Below, one piece after another: positions 20,790 to 29,636 of a stretch of DNA of 64,000 nt (its first letter is position 1; the number at the start of each line of letters is the position of its first letter). The position numbers and the translations under genes were made by a program. The DNA comes from Deltaproteobacteria bacterium (GTDB lineage: Bacteria; Myxococcota_A; UBA9160; SMWR01): NCBI GenBank assembly GCA_032128375.1, contig JAQBGU010000209.1, positions 1 to 64,000 of the forward strand, written 5' to 3'. Under the pieces are notes generated by a model that worked only from the letters and a program-made list of their open reading frames with translations, had not been told where the DNA came from and did no database searches.

Positions 20790-21215
20790 CTATCGAGCCG
20801 CTCCGACTGTGCGATCCCCGGCAACGGGATCCAGTCTAATCGGAACGGCGCCTAATGGATCTCGAAACAGCAGCATAACATCGTTGAGTCGACCGTACTT
20901 CTCAGCCATCGCGGCGGTCACTCGGTCTCTCAACACATCATCATCGATTGCAGTGGCGCGATACCAGTTCTGCTTTCCGCCGCGCGTCAACTGAACCTCC
21001 GGTGCCGCTCGCAGGCGGCGAAGCCACGCGCTTTGCTGCGAATAAGCGCGCAGGTGCGGAACCCCCTCGACTTCCACGATCCACAGCCCGGTCTCGAATT
21101 TCTGTGTCTCGGAGTCGAACGTCACCAGCTGGATCACTTCGCCTTCGTCGAACCACAACGAGGTGCCCAGGACTGCAACGACGACAGCGCCGGCCAAGAG
21201 GATCAGGTATCGCAA
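20790..21215 (-). CDS. Split-barrel flavin/F420-binding-like protein (DUF2255 or nitroreductase/quinone reductase-like) with N-terminal TM
   Basis: ETGLWIV, AWLRRLRAAPEV, AMAEKYG; TTG start with AAGGGGGAG RBS. Confidence 0.6.
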   Translation of the reverse strand: MRYLILLAGAVVVAVLGTSLWFDEGEVIQLVTFDSETQKFETGLWIVEVEGVPHLRAYSQQSAWLRRLRAAPEVQLTRGGKQNWYRATAIDDDVLRDRVTAAMAEKYGRLNDVMLLFRDPLGAVPIRLDPVAGDRTVGAAR

Positions 21216-21540
21216 GAACTCCCCCTTCGGCTGTGGAAGCCCAATATATCGCGACAGGCCAACAACCGCGAACACGGCCGGCCTGGCGAAAACTCAACAC
21301 GGCGACCTTGCGTGCGGAAATCTGCGTGAACCCAAAAGGCCAGGTGATCATCGCAGCCATGCGTCAGCGACGGCAGGGGTGACCGAGTTCGTCGGGGTAG
21401 GCCTGCCAAGCTTCGCGGTCGGCGAGCTTGTCATCTGCCTCGAAACTCAGAATCAGAACTTCCAAGGCCCCCCACTCTCTCCACAACTCGCGGCGCCGAG
21501 CGCGGCTGCCACCCCCAAAGGCTGACCGCCTGGCCCGATC

Positions 21541-22878
21541 TCACGAGCGCGTCGGCATATACGAGCCCGCACGCGGTTCGCGACGGCCGCACCACGGACA
21601 AAACCGCATGAAGGCGTGCGAGGTTGGCCACCGACATCGCGGGCAACGATCCTGCAACTCTTTGTGGGACCACGGACGTTTCGGTTTTCGCTTGCAAATC
21701 GGGCAGTACCGCATGAATCGATGCAGACGACCGTTGCAACCACGCTTCGCACAGCTTCGAACCTCCTCAGCATCCCGGGGCGGTTCTCGCCCGTTGCTCA
21801 CGAACCGTCCGGGGTAGCACCAGGGGCATGCATTCCATTCTGGCCGGACCCCCTTCTCGCATTCAGGGCACACCAGCGGAAATTCTGTCAGGAAGCGATA
21901 GGAATTCTCAGCGCTGCCACACCACGGACAAAACGTCATCGATTCGGCGATCGGGCCCTCGCAGCGATAGCAGGCAAAGCGCATCCCGAGCGCCTTGCCG
22001 TACGCTCGGCGGAACGCGTCCGCCTGCACTGCGAGCGACGACGGAGTCGCCTTTCGGACGCGCGGTTGCGGAGCTGGCGCGGGCCTATCGACTTTTTCCG
22101 CCTGTTCGAAGCCTCGTTCGAGCGCCTCGTGAAGATCGCAAGCATCGACATAGCGGCGGCGCGGATCGAACTGTGCTGCCTTCCGCAACACCGGACGAAT
22201 AGACTCGGGAACTTTCGCTTCGAAGCGGTCGAACCCGGGAGGTGGCCATTCGAACGGCCACGACGGCAATACACCCGTCAGCGTCTCATACGCGATCAAC
22301 CCCAACGAGAACACATCAGACGTCAGGCGCCCTCGGCCATACGCCTGCTCCGGGGCCATGTAACCGAGGGTACCGGCTTCGGTAACGGTCCTCTCGGCGC
22401 TCTTCGCGATACGCGCCGCACCGAAATCCGCGAGCGCCGCGCGGCCATCGTCGAAGATCAAGATATTCTCTGGCTTGACGTCGCGATGAAAGATCCGCCG
22501 CTCGTGCGCGTAGGATAGGCCCGCTGCGACTTCGCGAATGATTTGGAGCGCAACCTTTCCCGATCGACGTGCCCGTGTGTACTCCCACAAGTTCGCGACC
22601 GCGAGATCCGTAGCGATCACGAATCGGCCATCGATCCAGTCCGCGTTGCGGACCGAGGCAATCCCCGGGTGGTCGAGCTGGCTCGTGATCCGCGCCTCGT
22701 GCTCGATGGTCTCGCGCCCCCATTCCGCCACAGCTTCGGGGTGGGTCAGCTTCAGCGCGACAACGCGCTTTTCCACCGTGTCGCGCGCGTTCCAGACCTC
22801 CGCAAATGCGCCTCGCCCGATGCGTTTATCGAGCCGGTATTTCCCCAGGCGAGAACCGCGTCGCAATCGGCTCGGCAA
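21541..22878 (-). CDS. Hanks-type Ser/Thr protein kinase with C-terminal multi-zinc-ribbon region
   Basis: GRGAFA, VALK, HRDVKPEN, DFG, GTLGYMAPE, SDVFSLG; eight CxxC-type pairs in the C-terminus; no TM. Confidence 0.92.
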   Translation of the reverse strand: MPSRLRRGSRLGKYRLDKRIGRGAFAEVWNARDTVEKRVVALKLTHPEAVAEWGRETIEHEARITSQLDHPGIASVRNADWIDGRFVIATDLAVANLWEYTRARRSGKVALQIIREVAAGLSYAHERRIFHRDVKPENILIFDDGRAALADFGAARIAKSAERTVTEAGTLGYMAPEQAYGRGRLTSDVFSLGLIAYETLTGVLPSWPFEWPPPGFDRFEAKVPESIRPVLRKAAQFDPRRRYVDACDLHEALERGFEQAEKVDRPAPAPQPRVRKATPSSLAVQADAFRRAYGKALGMRFACYRCEGPIAESMTFCPWCGSAENSYRFLTEFPLVCPECEKGVRPEWNACPWCYPGRFVSNGREPPRDAEEVRSCAKRGCNGRLHRFMRYCPICKRKPKRPWSHKELQDRCPRCRWPTSHAFMRFCPWCGRREPRAGSYMPTRS

Positions 22879-22879
22879 G

Positions 22880-24778
22880 TCAGGCGGGCCCTTGCTCGCG
22901 AAACCCCAGCTCAGCGAGGCTCGCGCGCAATTCGGAACCGGGTGCAAGCAGACGCCGGAGCGCCATCACGGCGGGGCGGTCCCACCGGTCCGCCGGGATC
23001 GCGAAGTCATAGTGCTCGGCACGCAACGGCCGAAAACGCAGACCCGACTGCTTCGCGACCGTCTCGATCGTCACTCCCCAATCGGCTCGACCCTGTGACA
23101 CCGCAGCAGCGACCGCGAAGTGCGAGCGCGGCTCGTACGGATATCCAGCCGGTCGACGCTCTCCCAGCAATTCGTCGATCAGTACCCGCGTACCACTGCC
23201 CCGGTTTCGGTTGACCATGCGCAGCTCCGTATCTTCGAGCAAAGCCTCGGTGTCGCGGGTTTCGTCCATTCGTGTGACGACGCCCTGCTCCCGCGCATAA
23301 CCCGCGAGCAAACGAAGCGATGCATCAAGGAATGGCGCATTGTACTCGCCAGTCTCGGTATCGAGCAGGTGGATCGGCGCGACGTCGCATTCCCCGCGCC
23401 GTGCTGCCGCCAGGCCTCCCTGGCTTCCGACGGCCATCAACTTGATGGTGAAGCCCTCCCGAGCCAACGCCCCGGCGATCGCGTCGAGCCCGACACAGTG
23501 GCTGCCGATTGCAACAAAATCAGCAACCGGATGCTCGCGCGACAGAAGCGTCACACCCACCTGGGTATCCGCATCGACGATCTCGGTATTGCGGCCCAGC
23601 CGAACGAAGCCATCGGCCCGACTGAATGCCGTGACTGAGCCACTGCCCTTACCCATCGGGTATGCGGCCAGCCCGCCACCGGGACGACGCACCAATCCAA
23701 CGAGCAGGTATTCGAGGCGTCCGCGCTCCGAGACGGTTTTTTGCGCAAGCGCGGCGCGCACCTCTTCGCGTTGGCCGGCAGGGCGCCCGGCGAGTTCTCG
23801 AATCACCGGTGCAACGAACTCATGAAACGTAAACACTGCCGAGGTCGGGAAGCCCGGCAAGATTACCACCGGGATTTTGCCACTGGCGGCGAGACAGATC
23901 GGTTTGCCGGGCTTGAGCGCAACGCCGTGCACGATGATCCCCGGCTGAAGGTCTGCAATCACCTGAGCGTTCAGGTCGCCCTCGCCCTTCGAGGTTCCAC
24001 CAGATAGCAACACCAGGTCTGCAAACGCGAGAGCGCGCTCGACGGCAGCGCGCAACGCGGCCTCATCGTCGCGAAATGCTCCGAGGAATTCGGGGTCGCC
24101 CCCGAGTTCGCGGACTGCATCGGCCAGGATTCGGCCGTTGCTGTCGTAGACCAGCCCCGGGCGAATCGCCTCTCCGGGTTGCACGATCTCATCCCCGGTC
24201 GAGATGATCGCGACTCGCGGACGGCGCACGGCCAAGACCTGTTCTCGACCGATCGCCGCCAGCACGCCCGTCTCTCGCGACGTGAGCGGCGTGCCGTGAA
24301 AGAGTACGGTTTCGCCCCAACCGATGTCGGTCCCGGCAAACGAGACCGCTGCACCCGGCACGCGTTCGCGCCGGCAGATCACGATGCCGTGTTCTGTATC
24401 CGTGAATTCGACGGGCAGAACTGCGTCCGCTCCGCGCGGCAGCATTCCACCGGTCGCGATCGGCGTCGCTGTACCGGACTTCAGCTCGCGCTTTGGGAAT
24501 ACTCCTGTCGGGATAGACTCGGAATTCACGACCAATTTCACCGGCGTGGCCTCGGTCGCACCGTAGGTGTCCTCGGCCCGCACCGCGAAGCCATCCATGT
24601 TGGACCGGTCGAAGCCGGGGACGTCTACCTCGGCGCGCACGTCCTCAGCCAGGACACGTCCCAGTGCCGCGTCGAGCAAAACCGATTCGGCAGAAAGCAC
24701 ACCGACCTCGAGAGCCGCGCGCCAACGCGCTTCCGCCTCATCGCGATCCAGAACCTCGAGGAATTGCTGTTGTTTCAT
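22880..24778 (-). CDS. moeA: Molybdopterin biosynthesis protein MoeA fused to a PBP-like (molybdate/tungstate-binding type) domain
   Basis: GFDRSNMDGFAV, STGDE, SGGTSKG, KPGKP, LPGFP; C-terminal GSHC...GSQGGL...NRNRGSGTR PBP-like domain. Confidence 0.93.
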   Translation of the reverse strand: MKQQQFLEVLDRDEAEARWRAALEVGVLSAESVLLDAALGRVLAEDVRAEVDVPGFDRSNMDGFAVRAEDTYGATEATPVKLVVNSESIPTGVFPKRELKSGTATPIATGGMLPRGADAVLPVEFTDTEHGIVICRRERVPGAAVSFAGTDIGWGETVLFHGTPLTSRETGVLAAIGREQVLAVRRPRVAIISTGDEIVQPGEAIRPGLVYDSNGRILADAVRELGGDPEFLGAFRDDEAALRAAVERALAFADLVLLSGGTSKGEGDLNAQVIADLQPGIIVHGVALKPGKPICLAASGKIPVVILPGFPTSAVFTFHEFVAPVIRELAGRPAGQREEVRAALAQKTVSERGRLEYLLVGLVRRPGGGLAAYPMGKGSGSVTAFSRADGFVRLGRNTEIVDADTQVGVTLLSREHPVADFVAIGSHCVGLDAIAGALAREGFTIKLMAVGSQGGLAAARRGECDVAPIHLLDTETGEYNAPFLDASLRLLAGYAREQGVVTRMDETRDTEALLEDTELRMVNRNRGSGTRVLIDELLGERRPAGYPYEPRSHFAVAAAVSQGRADWGVTIETVAKQSGLRFRPLRAEHYDFAIPADRWDRPAVMALRRLLAPGSELRASLAELGFREQGPA

Positions 24779-24804
24779 TCGAGTTTCATTCGAGTTTCAT
24801 TCGA
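24772..24804. repeat. 11-bp tandem repeat GTTTCATTCGA x3 that includes the moeA start codon
   Basis: Minus strand reads (TCGAATGAAAC)x3. Confidence 0.9.
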
Positions 24805-24875
24805 GGTGTTCTATGTGAACTGCATGTTAGTTTCATGCGCTTCATATCGGATTCATGTCATCTTCACGTCTATTG

Positions 24876-24918
24876 TGTGCCTCATAGGCGCTGTCTCATA
24901 GCCGCTGTCTCATAGCCG
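24876..24918. repeat. 14-bp tandem repeat CGCTGTCTCATAGC x2 plus a degenerate copy in the moeA-moeA spacer
   Basis: Directly visible; the spacer is AT-richer than its flanks. Confidence 0.8.
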
Positions 24919-25001
24919 ATTCCTCGTCCCATTCTGAACCTTTTCATTGCTGTCTCAGCGTGGTGCATAGCGTGCCGTGATTGCCGCTCTATTGTCATCC
25001 A

Positions 25002-26231
25002 TCAATCGGCGTCATACAGCAAAACTTCCACCTCGCCCCCTTCCGGAATCCCCTCCAGCTCGCGCGGCACGATCACGCAGCCCGCTGCCTGCACGGTCGA
25101 AGAGAGAATCGACGCACCGGCCGTCGCGATCGCCGTCACTTTTCCCTCGTCAATCGCTACGCGCACGTAATCGGTTCGACCGATTGCGGACGTGATCTTT
25201 CTTGCCAGAGGCAGCAGGACGCGGCGATGCGGCCAATCCCGCGAGCGTCCGGCCAGCGCGCGAAGACTCGGTCCCGCGAAAAATTCGTACGCACACAGAC
25301 AACTCACCGGGTTCCCCGGTAACAAGAAGACCAAGCGCCCGTCCACTCGGCCGACTCCGGTCGGGCTCGAAGGCCGCATTGAGATACCGTGGAAATCGAG
25401 GCTGCCGATCTCCGCGACCAGGCGAGGCGCGTGATCCTCGGTTCCGACGGAACTCCCACCGCTTACCAGTATGACGTCAGCTTCGGAGTTTCGCAGAGCA
25501 CGCCGGATCTGATCCGGCTGGTCGGGCAGGATTTCGAATGGCAAAACTTCGCCGCCGTCGCGATACACCAGTGCGCGCAGCACCACGGAATTGCTATCGA
25601 CGATCTTCGGTCCTGCGGGCCGGCTACCGGGCGGTAGCAGCTCGTCGCCGGTAATGATGAGACTCACCCGAGGACGCCGGACACAGCGCGGCTGCGCGAC
25701 GCCGATGGATGCGAGAATACCGGCGTCCTGAGGGCGCAGCCGCCGGCCGACGCGTAGCACGGTGTCTCCTTTGCGAACGTCCTCACCGATCGCGCCGACA
25801 TTCTTGAGCGGAGCCACCGGCTCGCTGACCTCGACGCGACCGTCTATCTCTTCGCAGACTTCTGCCATCACCACGGCGTCGGCCCCGTCGGGCATGGGAG
25901 CACCCGTCATCACCCGGATGGCATGACCCGCGTTCACGGAACCGGCGAACGGCTGGCCCGGCAGCGACTGGCCATCGAGCACGAGCGGGATAGGAGAATA
26001 GGAACTGGCGCCGAAGGTGTCTTCGCCGCGAACCGCGTAGCCATCCATCGCGGAGCGCGCGAAGCCTGGCACGTCGACTTCGGCTTGGACCTCTTCGGCC
26101 AGCGTTCGACCGACACACTCGAGTAGATCAACTGACTCCGCGCCGAGAGCACGGGTTGAATCGCGCAGGAAGGCCTCAACCTCCTCTACGTCCGCGCGCC
26201 GGGCGAAACCTCTCATCCGAACGTCACGCAT
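25002..26231 (-). CDS. moeA: Molybdopterin molybdo/tungstotransferase MoeA (gephyrin-like)
   Basis: GFARSAMDGYAV, MTGAPMPDGAD, TGDEL, SGGSSVG, LPGNPVS. Confidence 0.95.
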   Translation of the reverse strand: MRDVRMRGFARRADVEEVEAFLRDSTRALGAESVDLLECVGRTLAEEVQAEVDVPGFARSAMDGYAVRGEDTFGASSYSPIPLVLDGQSLPGQPFAGSVNAGHAIRVMTGAPMPDGADAVVMAEVCEEIDGRVEVSEPVAPLKNVGAIGEDVRKGDTVLRVGRRLRPQDAGILASIGVAQPRCVRRPRVSLIITGDELLPPGSRPAGPKIVDSNSVVLRALVYRDGGEVLPFEILPDQPDQIRRALRNSEADVILVSGGSSVGTEDHAPRLVAEIGSLDFHGISMRPSSPTGVGRVDGRLVFLLPGNPVSCLCAYEFFAGPSLRALAGRSRDWPHRRVLLPLARKITSAIGRTDYVRVAIDEGKVTAIATAGASILSSTVQAAGCVIVPRELEGIPEGGEVEVLLYDAD

Positions 26232-26341
26232 CTGCGCCGCCCTCAACCCGAATTGCGAATGACGGTGCTACCGCGCTCCAAAACAGCAAGAGCAGGAAGA
26301 CCGTGGCCTCCCTGCTCATCAGCTGCAATCTGTCCTCAGCA

Positions 26342-26399
26342 ATCCTGACCTCGAAATCCTGACCTGCAGATCCTGATCTGGAGATCCTGATCTGGAGAT
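26342..26399. repeat. 14-bp tandem repeat ATCCTGA(C/T)CTGGAG-like x4 immediately after the aor stop codon
   Basis: atcctgacctcgaa / atcctgacctgcag / atcctgatctggag / atcctgatctggag. Confidence 0.88.
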
Positions 26400-26400
26400 T

Positions 26401-28131
26401 TTAGCCGCTGGGCTTGGTGGTGAAGAGTTCCTCGCGGGCCTCGAAGCGTTGGTACGCGCTCGCGATGATGTCAGCCGGAACGTCGAAGACGACCTTCGCT
26501 GGACCAATCGCATCGGTCTGCATGCACTCCGGCATCACGTCGTCTGCCGCGGTGAAGCCGGCACGCTTGTTGAATTCCCATTCGTCCTGGAGGCATTGCC
26601 AGCCCTGGTCGTTGATCTGTTCACGCGTGATCTCTTCGCCGTACAGCAATCCATAGTACTTGCGGATTTCGTCGAGCGTCGGCCCGAAGAATTGGCAGAA
26701 GCCCGAAGAGTCGGTCACCGCATTGATGAGCTGGATCTCCTGCGATGCGCGCGCGAACTCCGCGGGGGGCATGCCAGGATTGATGATCAGCCCCGCCGTG
26801 TGGTCGGCCCCCATCGGGCTGGTCGCGTAGGTGACCCCGGTCGCCTTCAGCGGGCGCGGATCCCAGGCAGGGATAGCCTGGCCCTTCACAGTCGGGATGC
26901 GCTTGTGCCCGGTATGCTTGCCGATGGCATCCGCGCCGTTGCCGATCGCCTTACCTAGCACGGTGCCGTCGGCGATCTCCTGCAGCAGGTTCTTGGCACC
27001 TTCAGCATCGCCCCACTCGAGTCCACCCGATTCCATCAGAATCGCGATCGCAGCGCCGGTCTCGACGGTGTCGAGCCCCACCTCGTCACACAGGCGATCG
27101 AGGTCCGCGACGTCTTCCCACTTCTGAATCGCGCAGTTGGAACCGAGGAGTGTCAGCGTCTCGAACTCGAGAGCCGACGTCTTGTAGTTGCCGTCAGCGT
27201 CGTGAACGATATTGGAGCACTGCACGATGCAGCCTGTCATGCAATTGTGCATGCCACCGCCGTTTGTTTCGAAGCTCTCGACGATTCGAGCGCCGTCAAG
27301 GTTATGGGCATCGGGCGATTGGCCCTCAGTGCGGTTCTTGTAGGGGAAAGTGTTCAGCATATTCGCGATGCCGACAAAGGAACTCGTGCCGGTCTTGAAC
27401 ATCTGTGGACCGTCCAGATAGCCTTTGCTCATCCCCTTGTTGAACTTGGCGAACTCCTTGCGATCTGTAGCCTGTCGAAGCTTGGCTTTGCCCGCATCGA
27501 TCGACACATACTTCAGCCCCTTGCTTCCCATCACCGCGCCGAGACCCCCGCGCGCTGCGTGGCGGGCGGGGCGGCGGGCCTGATCCGCATCGGTGCAGGC
27601 CAGTGAGGCGCCGCTCAGCATTTGTTCGCCTGCCGGTCCCACCGAAATGAACGACGCGGAGGCGCTGTAGCTCTTTGCCAGGTGATCGATCAGCGCGTAG
27701 TTCCACATCCCTTTGGTATCGGGAACTTCCTTGACCGCAACGTCATTGGCGGTGACGTCTAGCGCATAACGCTTGTCCGGGTCCGCAGCCTTGCCCTTCA
27801 CGATGACTGCGCGGAAACCGAGCCTCATGAGGTCCTGGCCGGGGTTGCCACCGGCGTTTGCCTCCTTGATGCCACCGGTAAGCGGACTTTTGCCACCGAT
27901 CGAAATCCGGCCCGATGTGGGCGCTGCTGATCCGGACATCACGCCGGGAGCCATTACGAGTACGTTGTCCGGCCCGAGCGCGTCACATGTTGGATCGCAC
28001 TCAGCAAGCAAAATCTTGGCAGATAGCGCACGACCACCGAGTAGTTTCCATTGCTCGGGAAACGATTCTGTAGTCGCTGTCAGGTTCGTCATGTCGACTC
28101 GGATCAGGCGATCGCCGGTCGGTCCGCTCAT
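26401..28131 (-). CDS. aor: Aldehyde:ferredoxin oxidoreductase family (tungstopterin) enzyme
   Basis: KSPLTGGIKEANAGG, AARGGLGAVMGSKGLK, Fe-S ligands CMTGCIVQC and GFC, EFET, DEVGLDTVE, GADH. Confidence 0.93.
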   Translation of the reverse strand: MSGPTGDRLIRVDMTNLTATTESFPEQWKLLGGRALSAKILLAECDPTCDALGPDNVLVMAPGVMSGSAAPTSGRISIGGKSPLTGGIKEANAGGNPGQDLMRLGFRAVIVKGKAADPDKRYALDVTANDVAVKEVPDTKGMWNYALIDHLAKSYSASASFISVGPAGEQMLSGASLACTDADQARRPARHAARGGLGAVMGSKGLKYVSIDAGKAKLRQATDRKEFAKFNKGMSKGYLDGPQMFKTGTSSFVGIANMLNTFPYKNRTEGQSPDAHNLDGARIVESFETNGGGMHNCMTGCIVQCSNIVHDADGNYKTSALEFETLTLLGSNCAIQKWEDVADLDRLCDEVGLDTVETGAAIAILMESGGLEWGDAEGAKNLLQEIADGTVLGKAIGNGADAIGKHTGHKRIPTVKGQAIPAWDPRPLKATGVTYATSPMGADHTAGLIINPGMPPAEFARASQEIQLINAVTDSSGFCQFFGPTLDEIRKYYGLLYGEEITREQINDQGWQCLQDEWEFNKRAGFTAADDVMPECMQTDAIGPAKVVFDVPADIIASAYQRFEAREELFTTKPSG

Positions 28132-28353
28132 TTCGGTCGTGCCCCCTAGCTGCGCAGCGGCCGACAAACGGCCGTCGATTCCGTATCGCCGGCCCGAATC
28201 TCGGGACTCCCGGCTTGGTGAGACCGCTCAGCTTACCAAGATGGCGGCAGCCTCGTCACTACCTCTACGGATTCCGCTCTCGCAAGCTCGACTGCACGTC
28301 GCTGCGTCGGAGTGGATGGAGCGGGTCCACAAATGCTGGCCAGATGCCGCCGA

Positions 28354-28623
28354 TCATCCACCTGCGATTGCGGCGAGAATCAGGACTTCGTCGTCGCCCG
28401 AGACAGGCATGTCGAGCGCGGTTCGTTCGATCTGTTCCCCGTTGACGAACAATTTGACGAAGCGGAGCACCGCTCCATCGGCGTCGAATACCAGCTCGCC
28501 GAGCCCCTCATAACGGTCCACGACTTCTCGAAGGCACGCGCCCACCGTTTCGCCGTCGACGTCGATAACGGCCTCTCCACGGGTGGGGCCACGGTACGGG
28601 GCCGGGATATCGACGCGCGGCAT
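28354..28623 (-). CDS. moaD: MoaD/ThiS-family sulfur carrier
   Basis: 89 aa ubiquitin-like fold ending in AIAGG; directly upstream of aor. Confidence 0.9.
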   Translation of the reverse strand: MPRVDIPAPYRGPTRGEAVIDVDGETVGACLREVVDRYEGLGELVFDADGAVLRFVKLFVNGEQIERTALDMPVSGDDEVLILAAIAGG

Positions 28624-28649
28624 CTAGACTCCACCTGGTGCGCAAACGA

Positions 28650-28702
28650 TCAATCGGTCTGCGAAGCAGATCCGTATGCGAGAATCGATCGGTTTGTGAG
28701 AA
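28650..28702. repeat. Imperfect ~18-bp direct repeats x3 upstream of moaD (possible regulator sites)
   Basis: tcaatcggtctgcgaag / cagatccgtatgcgagaa / tcgatcggtttgtgagaa. Confidence 0.55.
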
Positions 28703-28710
28703 TTGCCGTT

Positions 28711-29252
28711 CAATGAGACAGCTACAGCTGCCCCGCGAGGCGCTGAGTGTAGCTACCTCAACCCAGCGCGTCTGCGCTGGTGGCAGATTTCCGAGGCGGC
28801 GGGTGCCCTCCCAGGCCTCCGACGGGGCAGGCCGTATTAAGGTTGGCCGAAGCGGCGTTCCGGACTTCGTCGGGTCGCGAACATGAGAACGCTAGCCGGG
28901 CGGATCGATGTCCTAATCGATGTCCAAATCGAAGTCCAATGTGCGCCTTCGAAGAGAATCCGGGCTGGCCCTGACGAACCGGTTCCTATCCAGATTGGAT
29001 GAGGCCCCATCACTGGCTCTGGCCCCAAAAGACTCTTCTCTAGCTCCGAGCACTATGTGGAAGCTCCCGGGTCTGGGAAGACCTCCCGCGCTGCGACCCC
29101 AGAGCCGGACTCTTGCGCTCGGCTCCGCTGATCGTTTGCCCGCACCCGACGACACTCAGTCCGTACGTGGCCCAAACGGCGTTGTGATTCGGTCGACAAG
29201 AGCGGGACCTCGGTTCTCCTTGCACCGTGGACCCACGCGTACCCTCTCAATT
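28711..29252. ncRNA. Candidate structured non-coding RNA or cis-regulatory region (unidentified)
   Basis: No credible ORF in ~1 kb; many stems: GCTACA/TGTAGC, CCAGCGC/GCGCTGG, GCGTTC/GAACGC, GGCTCTGG/CCAGAGCC, GGTCT-GGGA-AGACC, ATCCA/TGGAT, and a long imperfect hairpin at 29163-29242. Confidence 0.3.
28904..28939. repeat. 12-bp tandem repeat ATCGATGTCCAA x3
   Basis: atcgatgtccta / atcgatgtccaa / atcgaagtccaa. Confidence 0.85.
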
Positions 29253-29636
29253 TACGCCTGAAATTCTCGAGATTCAATCGAAATTTTTCTCATTTTTCTC
29301 CTGACTCGCGATTCTCGCTAGTTGCGTGACGCTGAAAATTGCGCCTACGAGACTGCCACCGCCACGATTCCCGAGAATATCCACCGCTGGCGAGCTGGTG
29401 CCCGGTGCCCGCGCACGTGACAGGATCCCGCTACACTCGGCCAACTCGGTCCAGCGAACGGGGTCCAGCAAAGGTCCAGCGAACGGCAAACGGATTGAGG
29501 CTATCACCGTTGTCCATCGTGCCGCCGTACGAGCGAGTCAGACGACAAGGAAATTTGAGACCGTAGAGACGCAAGAGGCGAAGCGAGTGTTCGGGAGGCG
29601 GTTCTGCCATCGGCGACCGTCGAGATTGGAGTTTGA

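Noticed and set aside
26342..26399. Short repeat arrays as CRISPR
   Set aside because: Units are 11-18 bp, contiguous and without spacers; no cas genes
28965..29030. CTGACGA resembling a hammerhead ribozyme core
   Set aside because: No GAAA after a stem II and no compatible stem III or cleavage triplet
28711..29252. RNase P RNA, tmRNA, SRP RNA or c-di-GMP-I riboswitch (GGGCAAAC on the minus strand)
   Set aside because: Diagnostic motifs are absent (GAGGAAAGTCC, tRNA-like ends and tag, GGAAGGAAGCAG, paired P2 with GNRA loop)
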